Origin: an uncultured delta proteobacterium
GTDB taxonomy: Bacteria; Desulfobacterota; Binatia; UBA9968
DNA length: 64,000 nt
Assembly: GCA_963847445.1 (NCBI GenBank)
Contig: CAWJZV010000017.1
Location: 64,001 to 128,000 of the forward strand
Reading direction: 5' to 3'
Positions within the stretch are counted from its first letter, which is position 1. The number at the start of each line of letters is the position of its first letter. Positions 10,558-22,399 of this stretch are shown in pieces. Position numbers and translations under genes: made by a program. The notes beneath the pieces are model-generated. The model had not been told where the DNA came from. It was given only the letters and a program-made list of their open reading frames with translations, and did no database searches.

Positions 10558-10823
10558 GGCCGATCAAAGAAGCGAAACGCAGGGAGCATTAAATCGGGCT
10601 GGCACGAGCCTTCATTGCGTGAATGCAGGCCTGACGATTTGTTTTTGCAAAAGCGTCCAAAATTAGACAGCAGTCCCGGACTCTTCATCGTATCGGTAAA
10701 TATATTAAGGCGTGGGGTTTTGGCCGTGCGTAGCGGCGGTAGGCGCTCTCGGCACAAGCGCAGATTACCAAACTGAAAAATTTCAGGTCGAGAAAGACTC
10801 GATCATTTAAAACAGGAAAGTTT

Positions 10824-11521
10824 ATGAATCTGATCAATCGTTGGATAGCGAGTTTAACTTTGGCCATGGCGTTGACGCTAAGCACTGGTTGCATGGAAAA
10901 CATCGCGTTAATCGGCAGACCTACGCTTCAGTTGGATCAAGAAGAGATTTTCGCGGAGATAGCCCGTGTGGATACTGCATCTCGGCAGCTTCATCTGCGG
11001 CCGGAAGACAGCCGCGACCGGGTGGTCGGGTATAGCGTTGACGCCCGTGTGCTCTATCGCGGCCGAGAATACTCGATCGCGCAATTAGCGAGCGGAGATA
11101 AGGTCTCCATGCAGCTAAAGCAGGACTCACGCGGCAATTCTTATACGGATTTGATTCGGGTTCAGGAAACCATCCAGGATCGCAATCAGAGTCGTCACGG
11201 TGATGCCAGTCCGGAGTCGACGATCCAATCGCTCGATGGAAGGGTGGAGCAGCTCGACAGCGCCACGGCTTGGCTTTGTTGCGCTGGTGTGAGGATGCAG
11301 ACGCTCGACGGGCGGTGGCCAAGGTGGATTTTCAGCGTCAATCCTTCGAAATTCGCGATCAGCCCAGAGACCGGTTGATCGTTTTCCTTTCGTCCACCGC
11401 TGAGAGATTTGATGTGGATCATTTTCGTGCACTTCGGGATGGCGATTATGTTCGAGTCGAAGGGATATTTCTCGATCGACAACGATTTGAGTTGGCTACT
11501 TTCCTTCGCGACAACCGATAA
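10824..11521 (+). CDS. lipoprotein with repeated OB-like beta domains (frameshifted)
   Basis: Lipobox STGC; ORFs 10824..11378 and 11270..11521 join; internal repeat QSLDGRVE/QTLDGR. Confidence 0.55.
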
Positions 11522-11565
11522 CAGATTGACCATCGGCGCGGCTTGAGCTGACGAGAGGAGAAACG

Positions 11566-12241
11566 ATGAGATACCTTCGGACTATAGCCACTTTGATCTT
11601 GGTCGCACTGCCCAGCCGGCTGCGCGCTGGAGACCGCTTCATCGCGCCGACCCGCGCCACAGGAATCGCCGCGCGCTTCGACCGGTCGCCCGCTCGATGC
11701 CAGGCAGACGGAGCGAGTGCAGCGGATCATGATGCCGCTAATGCGCGCGACCAATAACCCGCGCCGCTTAAACGAGGTCCGAGTCCGGGTTCTTGACGAT
11801 CCAAACATCAACGCCGCCAACGCCGGCGGCGGCGAGTTTCTAGTGACGACCGGTCTTCTGCAAAAGGCCAACGATGAGCACCTCAGAGGGGTGCTGGCAC
11901 ACGAGATTGCTCACGACGACCTTGGCCATGTGGCCAGAGCACAGACTTTGGGCACAGGGCTCAATATCGGCGTGATTCTGCTCGAGCAGTTTTTTCCGGG
12001 CAGCGGCGCGGTGACGCCGATCGCGGGCGCATTGATTGCAAATAGTTATAGCCGCTCAGAGGAAATCGAAGCGGACCGTCACGGTGTCGAGATCTTGCGC
12101 CGGGCCGGATATTCCAAAGAGGTAATGATCGACACGCTGACGTGGCTGACGCGCAGCGCAGGAGGCGACAAGGGCGGAGGTTTTTTGTCCACGCATCCCG
12201 CGACGGAAGATAGAATCGCCGCTTTGAGAAAGTTGGCATGA
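11566..12241 (+). CDS. M48-family zinc metallopeptidase (5' indels)
   Basis: INAANAGGG, GVLAHEIAH, YSRSEEIEAD, FLSTHP; signal peptide in ORF 11566. Confidence 0.88.
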
Positions 12242-12344
12242 AGGGCGCGACATTGGAGACTCGACAAGTTCTTAGTCAGCAAGATGAAGGAAGAAGCGGG
12301 ATGGAAATATTTACGTTTTCAGAAACAAGGCATGGGGGTGATTT

Positions 12345-12656
12345 ATGGTGCGAACATTCAAAATCGTGACAGTTACATTGGCGCTTATGTTGGTCTTGAA
12401 CGGCTGCCAAGCAATGACCGGTGCAACCGCGGGAGAGAACATCGATGACGGCACCCTTACGACCTATGTGAAGACCGCACTCGCAGGAGAGCGGGTTAAC
12501 ACCCTGACACGTGTGGGCGTCGAGACCAACAACGCCATCGTGGTCCTTACCGGCGAAGTCGAGACCGCCCAGGAGAAGTCGCGCGCTGGAACGGTTGCCG
12601 GGCAGGTAAAGGGCGTCAGGCAGGTGGTCAACAACCTGCAAGTTATCAAGCGTTAG
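12345..12656 (+). CDS. BON-domain lipoprotein (OsmY-like)
   Basis: LNGC lipobox; IDD..LT..VK..L....V.VET....V.LTG.V. Confidence 0.88.
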   Translation: MVRTFKIVTVTLALMLVLNGCQAMTGATAGENIDDGTLTTYVKTALAGERVNTLTRVGVETNNAIVVLTGEVETAQEKSRAGTVAGQVKGVRQVVNNLQVIKR

Positions 12657-12702
12657 AGGCTGACTGCGCCAACATTAGAGCATTCGATAAGATCAAAAAT
12701 TT

Positions 12703-13006
12703 ATGACAACGAACGGTGAATCGAAATTCTCGTACTTACTAATCGGTCTAGGGTTGGGCGCTATTGGCGGACTAATGGCCGCAATTCTCGCCCATAGAGA
12801 GACGCCGCGAGGGGTTGCGTGAACGCAGCGGGAAAAGCTTGGACTACCTCAATCATCAAGCGGGTAAGTTGCGCGAGACCGCCGATGTTATCGTGCAACA
12901 GGGAAAGAATCTCATAGCTGGCAATGGCTCCGACTTGGTCGATCGCTCCACGACCGCCGAAAAGCAAGCCTATCAGGAAGGCAAGCGAGAAAACTTGGGC
13001 GGCTAA
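12703..13006 (+). CDS. YtxH-like protein (frameshift near 12805)
   Basis: MTTNGESKFSYLLIGLGLGAIGGLMAAIL.. then helical RERSGKSLDYL..KQAYQEGK. Confidence 0.6.
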
Positions 13007-13050
13007 GAGTATCGAGGGCTGCCTAAAGCGAAGGAATGAATACAATGCGC

Positions 13051-13275
13051 ATGAATCCGATAACGCTTGTTGGGATCGCCCTGATCGTACTGGGAATAGT
13101 GGCTTTTGCTTATCAGGGCATCACCTACACAAGCCGCGAGACAGTGATCGATATTGGCCCTATCAAGGCCACCGCCGAGACCCAGAAAACCATCCCGCTC
13201 TCGCCTCTCCTGGGCGGGTTGGCGCTTGTCGGCGGCATCGTCTTGGTGGTGGTCGGAGCCAAGCGGTCGTCTTAG
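13051..13275 (+). CDS. DUF3185-like two-TM small protein
   Basis: GIALIVLGIVAFAYQGITYT.RE.VIDIGP...KTIPLSPLLGG. Confidence 0.8.
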   Translation: MNPITLVGIALIVLGIVAFAYQGITYTSRETVIDIGPIKATAETQKTIPLSPLLGGLALVGGIVLVVVGAKRSS

Positions 13276-13352
13276 CGGCGCGCCAGATTGGCAGAGTCGT
13301 GGCCAAATCGATGGCGCAGCGATTTCTAAAAATTAGCTAGGGAGGATTGGAC

Positions 13353-13436
13353 ATGGATACTTCGCTTTTATTGCAGCTAGCGCTGGTATTCGTCGCGCTT
13401 TGGCTCGGAATACTGATGATCAGGGGAAGAATCTGA
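13353..13436 (+). CDS. 27-aa single-TM microprotein
   Basis: GGAGG RBS; MDTSLLLQLALVFVALWLGILMIRGRI. Confidence 0.6.
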   Translation: MDTSLLLQLALVFVALWLGILMIRGRI

Positions 13437-13466
13437 TCGGGCTACATCGGTGGAAGGGGAGGAATC

Positions 13467-14696
13467 ATGAAACACGCCAACATTGCCGGAAAGATTCGTC
13501 AAATCGCGTTCCTCGGCAATCACTTGCCGCGCCAGTGCGGCATCGCTACTTTTACCACCGATCTGAGCGGCGCGATCGCCGCGGAGTCTTCCCATGCCGA
13601 CTGCTTCGTGGTCGCGATGAACGACCCCGGCAAACAGTATGCGTATCCGCCGCGAGTCCGCTTCGAGGTGGCCGAGAGCGATATCGCGTCCTACCGCGGC
13701 GCAGCGGATTTTTTGAACGCTAACAAGATCGATGTCGTGTCCGTGCAGCACGAGTACGGCATCTTCGGTGGCAAGGCGGGCAACTACCTGCTCACGATCC
13801 TACGCAATTTGCGCATGCCGATCGTGACCACCGTTCACACCATGCTCGGCAAGCCGGATTCCATGCAGCGTCGAGCGATGAATGAGATCGCTCGGCTTTC
13901 GAAGCGGCTCGTCGTCATGAGCGCCCACGGCGCGGCCCTCCTCCATAACGTTCACGGCGTGGCCAAAGATAAAATCGATATCATCCCGCACGGGATTCCG
14001 AGCGTGCCGGTCGCCGGCCGGAGCAAGAGAGAACTCGGGATCGAAGGCAAGTCGGTGCTTCTTACATTTGGACTGCTGTCGCCGGATAAGGGTATCGAGC
14101 ATGTCATCGACGCGCTGCCGGGGATTCTTGCGCGCAATCCGGACACGGTTTATGTCGTGCTCGGAGCTACCCATCCACATATCAAAGAGCGCTCCGGCGA
14201 GAGCTACCGCGAAAGCCTGGAGCGCCAGGTGCAAGCACTCGGCGTGGAATCCAGCGTGATCTTTCACAATCGTTTCGTCAGCCATGGCGAACTCGTCAAG
14301 TTTCTCGCCGCCGCGGACATCTATGTAACGCCGTATCTCAAGCCGGAGCAGAGCACGTCGGGGACTTTGGCCTATGCGGTCGGCTCGGGCAAAGCGGTTA
14401 TTTCCACGCCTTATCTTTATGCCCGCGAACTCCTCGCTGACGGACGCGGCATACTCGTGCCGCCGAGAGATTCGCGGACCATCACCCGCGCGGTGGTTGA
14501 CCTCTTGAGCGACGATGCAAAACGATTGGCACTGTGCGAGCGCGCGGCCGCGTACGGCCGCAGCATGGTTTGGCCCGCGGTGGCCCGCCGCTACCTGCAG
14601 AGCTTCGACCAGGCATGCAGTCAACAATCCCTGCCCCGAGTTAGCCGAGGATTAGACGTATCGTTGACCGCGCCTCTTAATTCAAACGTTTTCTAA
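13467..14696 (+). CDS. glycosyltransferase family 4
   Basis: PRQCGIATFT, QHEYGIFGG, FGLLSPDKGIE, SGTLAYAVG.GKAVISTPY. Confidence 0.9.
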   Translation: MKHANIAGKIRQIAFLGNHLPRQCGIATFTTDLSGAIAAESSHADCFVVAMNDPGKQYAYPPRVRFEVAESDIASYRGAADFLNANKIDVVSVQHEYGIFGGKAGNYLLTILRNLRMPIVTTVHTMLGKPDSMQRRAMNEIARLSKRLVVMSAHGAALLHNVHGVAKDKIDIIPHGIPSVPVAGRSKRELGIEGKSVLLTFGLLSPDKGIEHVIDALPGILARNPDTVYVVLGATHPHIKERSGESYRESLERQVQALGVESSVIFHNRFVSHGELVKFLAAADIYVTPYLKPEQSTSGTLAYAVGSGKAVISTPYLYARELLADGRGILVPPRDSRTITRAVVDLLSDDAKRLALCERAAAYGRSMVWPAVARRYLQSFDQACSQQSLPRVSRGLDVSLTAPLNSNVF

Positions 14697-14741
14697 GACA
14701 AGGATTCGAAACGAGTAAAATCGCAAAGGAGTTGCACTTTC

Positions 14742-15395
14742 ATGGACAAGCTTTCTCTATATCAAACCGCTTATACAAAATATCCCTATACGCTGCCGCC
14801 GCTCGAATATGCGTATGATGCGCTCGAGCCGCACATCGACGAACAAACCATGCATTTGCATCATGACAAGCATCATCAGACTTATATCGATGACGCCAAC
14901 AAAGCGGTCGGCAAATATCCTGCGCTGCAGAAAAGCGATCTAGTGACGCTATTGGCTGAGCTCAGCGAGTTACCTGCCGATATCAGGACGCCGTTGCAAA
15001 GCAGCGGCGGCGGCCACCTCAATCACGCGTTATTCTGGGGATACATGACGCCACAGGGCGGCGGTGAGCCCCACGGCAAGCTGGCAAAGGCGATGACAAA
15101 GACATTTGGCGGATTCGCTCAATTCAAAAAAAAGTTCGATGATGCCGCTAAAAAGCGTTCGGGCAGCGGTTGGGCGTGGCTCTTCGTAACCTCCACGGGC
15201 GACTTGGAGACTGGCTCAACGGCGAACCAAGAGACGCCATTATCAAACGGCCAGCTGCCAATTTTAGCTCTCGATGTGTGGGAACACGCGTATTATCTCA
15301 AGTACCACAACCAGCGAGCCGAGTACGTTACGAATTGGTGGCGAGTGGTGAACTGGAAGAAGGTCGAGGAACAGTTCGACAGCATCACCGCTTAA
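14742..15395 (+). CDS. sodA: Mn/Fe superoxide dismutase
   Basis: LEPHID..TM.LHHDKHH, GGGHLNH, GSGWAWL, LDVWEHAYY. Confidence 0.95.
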   Translation: MDKLSLYQTAYTKYPYTLPPLEYAYDALEPHIDEQTMHLHHDKHHQTYIDDANKAVGKYPALQKSDLVTLLAELSELPADIRTPLQSSGGGHLNHALFWGYMTPQGGGEPHGKLAKAMTKTFGGFAQFKKKFDDAAKKRSGSGWAWLFVTSTGDLETGSTANQETPLSNGQLPILALDVWEHAYYLKYHNQRAEYVTNWWRVVNWKKVEEQFDSITA

Positions 15396-15452
15396 CCGGG
15401 TCGAAAATCGCGCGACAATTAACGGCGTTTTTAGAGTGAAAGGATAACCGAC

Positions 15453-15659
15453 GTGAAAACAAACCGTGGCGATAACCGTATCGACACTACGTTGGGAGAG
15501 CTGATAGCGGCCGTCAGCGAGTGCGCCTTCGAATATTCCGCTGATACCAGAGAAGCCTATGATCTCGCCCGTTTGGTTTTGGTCGAGTTGCTGAAAGGGG
15601 CTTGCCCCAAAAGCGAAATCATCGAACTGGACTTTGGCGGAACTATGCGCCTGCATTGA
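15453..15659 (+). CDS. hypothetical protein (68 aa)
   Basis: AAGGA RBS, GTG start, co-oriented. Confidence 0.5.
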   Translation: MKTNRGDNRIDTTLGELIAAVSECAFEYSADTREAYDLARLVLVELLKGACPKSEIIELDFGGTMRLH

Positions 15660-15692
15660 GCGGTTTCACCGGGCCATCGGGAGCGTTTAATC

Positions 15693-15778
15693 GCTGCGGG
15701 TTAATTCCCCGCAGCTTGCGACGAACCTTCGTGGGCGGAGGCTTCGATACCCCTTAGCTTGCTTCGGGGTAGTTCATT
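15693..15778. repeat. double-hairpin palindromic element (IS200/IS605-end or REP-like)
   Basis: GCTGCGGG-N7-CCCGCAGC and TACCCC-TTAGCTTGCTTC-GGGGTA hairpins. Confidence 0.55.
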
Positions 15779-15908
15779 TTCGAACGTAGCTCGTCTAAGC
15801 AGATGTAGCATGTCAAAAATAACGGCACCGAGGTTTGGCGATTCGTGGGAATGTACCCGATTCCACGTGATCGCAAATTTACCTGCCCCAGTGACCAAGA
15901 GGAATACC

Positions 15909-17334
15909 ATGAGAATTAATATTTGGGATCGGCTGGCGATGGCGCTTGTCATCAGCACCCTGTCATTGACGGGGACCGGCATAGCGGCCGATGGGCCGCG
16001 AGAACCGCAGGAAGAGCAAAAGCGCGAAAAGGATGAAAAGCAGCAACAACGAAAAGAAGATCAGCAACAAGAGCGCGCACAGCAAAAATCGGAGCAGGAC
16101 CAGAAGCAACAGCAGCAGCGCGTCCAGCAGCAACAGCAGCAACAAGAGCAAAAGCAGAAACAAGACCAGCAGCAGCAAGAGCGCGCGCAGCAAAAATCAG
16201 AGCAGGACCAGAAGCAACAGCAGCAGCGCGTCCAGCAGCAACAAGAGCAAAAGCAGAAACAAGAGCAGCAGCAGCAAGAGCAGCGCGCAGCGAAAGTCAG
16301 AACAAGACAAGAAGCAACAACAGCAGCTCGTCCAGCAACAACAGCAGCAGCTAGAACAAAAGCAGAAACAAGAGCAGCAGCAGCAAGAGCGCGCGCAGCA
16401 AAAATCAGAGCAAGACAAGAAGCAACAGCAACAGCGCGTCCAGCAGCAGCAAGAGCAAAAGCAGAAGCAAGACCAGCAGCAGCAAGAGCGGGTTGAAAGA
16501 AAATCGGAGCAAGAGCAGAAGCAACAGCAGCAGCGCGTTGAACAGAAACAGCAGCAGCAAGAGCAAAAGCAGCAGCGGCAGGAGAAGGCGCAGCGAGAAT
16601 CAGAGCAGGACCAGAAAGAATTTCGCGCGCGGCAACAGCAGCAGCAAGAGCGGATTGAGCGTCGATCCGAGCAACTCGATGAGCGACGCGAGCAGCAACA
16701 GGACAGGCAAGAGCAAATTCAGCGACAGCGTCTGTCCCAGCAGCAGCAACAACTGCGGATTAAAGAGCAGCGACAACGCGTAGAGCTGTACCGCCAGCAT
16801 CTAGAGCAGCAGGAACGTCTCCACGAACAGCATATCCAGGCGTTACAGCAACAAAATCGCATTGCCCAGTACCGGTTTCAGCGACAGTATCTGGAACGGC
16901 TACGCCAGCAACAGCTAAGTCTCCGCAACGACCGGTTTGATTACGATAATGACCCGTACTTCTACACGGCTTCGACCTATCGTTACAATCGTGGCGGTCG
17001 CAACTACGAAACCAATCGATACGGTGCGAGGACGCTACGTCAGGCGGTTAACTATGGCTATGAAGAAGGGGTCCGCGCTGGCAAGGCAGACCGCGAAGAC
17101 CGTTGGCGTTCCAATTACAAAGATTCTTATGCCTATAGGGACGCAAACTACGGCTATCGGGGCTATTACGTAAACCGGACCGATTACAACCACTACTTCC
17201 GCGAGGGCTTCCGGCGCGGTTATCAAGATGGTTTCAATAGCCGATACCAATACGGTCGCGTCGCCGATGGAAACCCCGCCATCATGGATAACATTATGTC
17301 ACAAATCCTCAATTTCCAGGATCTTCGCCGATGA
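15909..17334 (+). CDS. secreted Gln/Glu/Lys-rich coiled-coil protein with Tyr/Gly/Arg-rich C-domain (one indel near 16285)
   Basis: Signal peptide MRINIWDRLAMALV..GIAA; Q-rich frame passes from ORF 15759 to ORF 15991; C-terminal YGYEEG.RAG..D / YFREGFRRGY.DG. Confidence 0.75.
16060..16620 (+). repeat. coding tandem repeat, ~5 units of ~35-39 aa
   Basis: Unit QQQERAQQKSEQDQKQQQQRVQQQQEQKQKQ(D/E) recurs. Confidence 0.85.
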
Positions 17335-17558
17335 CCGAGAGAGGTCGAGGCGCGTTGACATTGCAAGCAGGCGAATCGACGTCAGAACCGCGCGTAATCG
17401 ATCGGAAGCGAACTCATCGGAACCTGGCGCAGATTGCGTAGCGGCGGGGCCGTGGTATTAGTATCTTGATTCCTACCCTCGCCGCGCTTAAGATCCGTCG
17501 TATATGGCGAAGGTGAGCCGATAACTGTATAAATGCCTATGAAGGGAATGAAGATTTC

Positions 17559-17789
17559 GTGGATGCAAAACCGCTGATACAAGTCGGAATCGCCTGCATT
17601 TTTCTCGGCATCGTTGCTTTCACCTATCGCGGCGATGCCGATACTAGTCGCGAACAAGCCGCCCAACTCTGGACGGTTCAAGCCGGCGCCGATGCGATGA
17701 AAACCCTGGCGCTCTCACCGCTGTTGGCTGGCTTGGTGCTGGCGGGCGGGATCGGGCTGGTTGCCCTCGGAATTAGAAAATCAGCGTAG
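17559..17789 (+). CDS. DUF3185-like paralog
   Basis: VGIACIFLGIVAFTYRG..TSRE..KTLALSPLLAGL aligns with the 13051 protein. Confidence 0.7.
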   Translation: MDAKPLIQVGIACIFLGIVAFTYRGDADTSREQAAQLWTVQAGADAMKTLALSPLLAGLVLAGGIGLVALGIRKSA

Positions 17790-17881
17790 CGCTGTAAAGT
17801 AACGATCTCCAGCGAATCTCTGTGCTGTAACAGCGACGGGTTAGTAGGAAACAAGGTTATCTATCGTAAGCCGCGGACTCC

Positions 17882-18424
17882 TCACTGTTCGTGCCAGGCC
17901 AGCCGCAGCTGGTTCATCGCGGCCGGATGGCGCCGGATCAAAAACCCGAACATCGCGACGGCGGCGAACAGGTTGCCGCAGGCGACCGCCACGCTGCCGA
18001 TGGTGCCGATGAGGTTGGGAAAGATCGCCGCCGCGGCCGAAAATAGAATCGATTCAAATAATAGAAACAATAACAGGATCACGATGCCGAACTGCGGGTT
18101 GTGCTCGAACAAGGCGAACATCCGGGCGATGGCGAATCCGGCGATGAGAAAAAGCACGCCATGCAGGCCGGTATAGGCGAAGACAATATAGGGATTGATC
18201 GATACGGCCTGCTCCGCGCTCTGGCCGAGAAAGATCACGCTGCCGAGGAGCGACGGCGTGAGAAACATTTGGCCGCGCGCGGTATCGAGGATCAAAAACC
18301 AGACGGCGACTACCGCTGCGCCGGTCATACCGGTGAGAATCCCATCTTCGAATAGGCTTCCTGAACGCTGGCGATGCTCGCTGGGCGTAGACGCTTGGGC
18401 AGTGGATGGCGTTGCGCTTACCAT
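17882..18424 (-). CDS. hypothetical 4-TM membrane protein
   Basis: GGAGG RBS; four hydrophobic segments. Confidence 0.7.
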   Translation of the reverse strand: MVSATPSTAQASTPSEHRQRSGSLFEDGILTGMTGAAVVAVWFLILDTARGQMFLTPSLLGSVIFLGQSAEQAVSINPYIVFAYTGLHGVLFLIAGFAIARMFALFEHNPQFGIVILLLFLLFESILFSAAAAIFPNLIGTIGSVAVACGNLFAAVAMFGFLIRRHPAAMNQLRLAWHEQ

Positions 18425-18700
18425 GCGACCTCCGTAAGCACCGAGTTTTGTCCGGTGCTGTTTGGGTAAAATGTCGGTACGCCAGTGCCGCGTTCAAGCT
18501 TCGCTTTGACCACAACGCCGGGTGCTTGCTTTTTGCGTCGATCGGCGACGCCCGGTTACCGATTGAGCGGAGAGATAACTCAGCGCGGGCGGCGATGTCA
18601 AGCCGATCTTAGGGCGATTGTTTCGTTCCCGTCATGCCGTCATTGCCGCACATGTCTGTTCCCCCTGTTGCTGCTTCCGCGTCATCAACGCTAACGGACA

Positions 18701-18868
18701 CTATTTGTACAGCGCGTCGATGAAGCCGTTCTTGTCGGGGTTTCGATGATGCCGGCATCGACCACGTCCTGGTATTTCATCCCGGCCGCTTTTGCAGTGA
18801 ATTGGTTATCTCGGCGATCACGTCGGCGAATCCGTCACGGGTCGGAGGTTTTCAACGAGGTTCCTCCC
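18701..18868 (-). pseudogene. internally deleted NMT1/SsuA-type binding-protein gene remnant
   Basis: RBS+start segment matches 35999..36022 at 22/24 nt, then jumps to a C-terminal PTRDGFADVIAEI..AKAAGMKYQDVVDAGII..KNGFIDALYK*. Confidence 0.75.
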
Positions 18869-18887
18869 GGCAAATCAAGTTTCTGTG

Positions 18888-19391
18888 TTACCGACCAGTC
18901 ATCACCGACGCCTGCGTCACGCACCAGGAAAGCATTTCCATCTGCGGCATGGTTTCCACCATGGATCCCGCGCGGGAAACTAAGCTTTCCGCTTCGGTGA
19001 TCGGTTGGCCCATGGCGAGCAGCACGGAGACGGCGAGCATGGCGGTGCGGCCGACGCCGCCGGCGCAATGAACCAGCACCGCTTCGCCGGAGTGCAGGCG
19101 GTTGGCGACATCGTTGGCGAGCGCCCAGAAGGCGTCCTTGTTCTCCGGCACGCCGCCTTCGCGTATTTCAAAAGGCACGACGGAACAGGGAACCGTGCCG
19201 GCGTCCAGCGCTTCGGCGTATTTAACCGATTTTTGGCGAATCTCGAAATCTTCGTTCAAGCAGACGATGGCGCCGACCGCGTCGGTCTTCACTTGATGCC
19301 AAACTTTATCGAGTGCTTCAAAGCGGCCGGGCATGCTGTGGAGCAGCAATCTTCCAGGAATGGAGTCGGGGAGTTCGACGTTACGAAACAT
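18888..19391 (-). CDS. protein-tyrosine/dual-specificity phosphatase, copy 1
   Basis: HCAGGVGRT (CX5R) P-loop. Confidence 0.9.
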   Translation of the reverse strand: MFRNVELPDSIPGRLLLHSMPGRFEALDKVWHQVKTDAVGAIVCLNEDFEIRQKSVKYAEALDAGTVPCSVVPFEIREGGVPENKDAFWALANDVANRLHSGEAVLVHCAGGVGRTAMLAVSVLLAMGQPITEAESLVSRAGSMVETMPQMEMLSWCVTQASVMTGR

Positions 19392-19500
19392 CTTGGCATC
19401 TCCAGTTAGAAATTATCTTCGCCGTCTTGCTTAGAAATATGCAATCGACAAGGGATAAACAAGCATGGCTCGGAAAAACTCGGAGTATTAACCGCAAAGA
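18910..19500. repeat. diverged direct repeat, copy 1 (phosphatase gene + upstream region)
   Basis: Aligns by eye with ~40118..40705, including the upstream CTCCAGTTAGAAAT..AATATGCAATCGACAA..GATAAACAAGCA. Confidence 0.9.
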
Positions 19501-19790
19501 GCCTAGCGCGGCGAAGCCGCAACCAAAGAAGAAACCGGGATTCCACCGCAGAGGCGCGGGACATGAAAAAAAATCCCCTTTTGCAAAATTCAGCTGTTGC
19601 ATGTAATTGATTTCATTGAGGCCAATTTTGCGATTTTGCTCACTTTTGAATTTTTTCTCACGACCGCGGAGTTTACAGAGTTCGGAACATATCTTCATCA
19701 AGAAACTCTTTACTCTGCGTTCTCGGCGGTCATGAGAAAAAATCGAAACTTGAGACTCTGCGTCGTTTTTTTGGCTCTCGGTTTTTTCGA
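19492..19790. repeat. cluster of REP-like palindromic elements
   Basis: CCTAGCGCGGCGAAGCCGCAACCAAA (inverted relative at 47906..47931); TTTCTCACGACCGCGGAG...CTCGGCGGTCATGAGAAA stem. Confidence 0.55.
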
Positions 19791-20180
19791 ACGTATCCGA
19801 AAGTTTGTGTGTGAAGCAAGTTGGTTATTTTAATTGCGGCTCGAATCGATCGGCGAAAAGGATCGCAAATTGAATCATGGCTGACTTCCATTCCCGTGCG
19901 CTCATCTTCCAATCCTTGGTAATATTTCTCAACGCTAAATAGAGCAGCTTCACCGCGGCCTCGTCATTGGGGAAATGGTACCGGTTCTTGATAATTTTTC
20001 TGAGCTGCATGTGCAGACTCTCGATAGCGTTGGTCGTGTAGATAATCTTTCTCACCTCGGCGGGATACGCAAAAAAGGGAATGACCTGCTCCCACTGCCG
20101 TTTCCAGATCAGCGCGATGGGCGGATATTTCTTGCCCCAGGGACCCTGCGAGAATTCTTCCAATGCCGCAAGGCCGTACC
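19788..20180 (-). mobile_element. IS256-family transposase 3' fragment with right end
   Basis: WGKKYP.I...W...W..VIPFFAYP.EVRKIIYTTNAIES..FPNDEAA.KLLYLAL; N-terminal part missing. Confidence 0.88.
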
Positions 20181-20426
20181 ACTTCGGAATTGGCAATCTG
20201 TCGGCCGTCGCAATCAGCTCTACAGGTGGAAGGAACGGTTAACTTTGATTCTCCGTAAAATCCAGGCTAGCTGAACCTAATCCCATGCTTGACGCGAGAC
20301 GCTAGTCATGACATCTGACAAATACCTTGCGGTTTTGACTGTGATGGGATGATGGGCATAAAAATTGGGGGGGGGCGGGTCCGGTTGCGTGCATGTCATG
20401 GACAAAGGAGGAATGCCTGGAGCTGT

Positions 20427-22299
<1,873 letters not shown>

Positions 22300-22399
22300 T
22301 TAGATTCATCCCGGAATCCGTAGTAAAGAAATCAAATAGGAGTGGTTGATCTCGCTCCATGTTGTCGTTTTTTTGATCTCATTCAAAGACAGGGGCGGG

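Noticed and set aside
16020-16800. CRISPR-like array, and Ser/Asn-, Leu- or Cys-rich ORFs
   Set aside because: The repeats are in-frame CAG/CAA coding units with no unique spacers and no cas genes. The other ORFs are alternate frames of the Gln-rich gene.
20361-20380. Poly-G tract as a phase-variation switch
   Set aside because: It lies downstream of the A-PCP stop and next to a 5'-truncated IS, so there is no obvious gene for it to switch.
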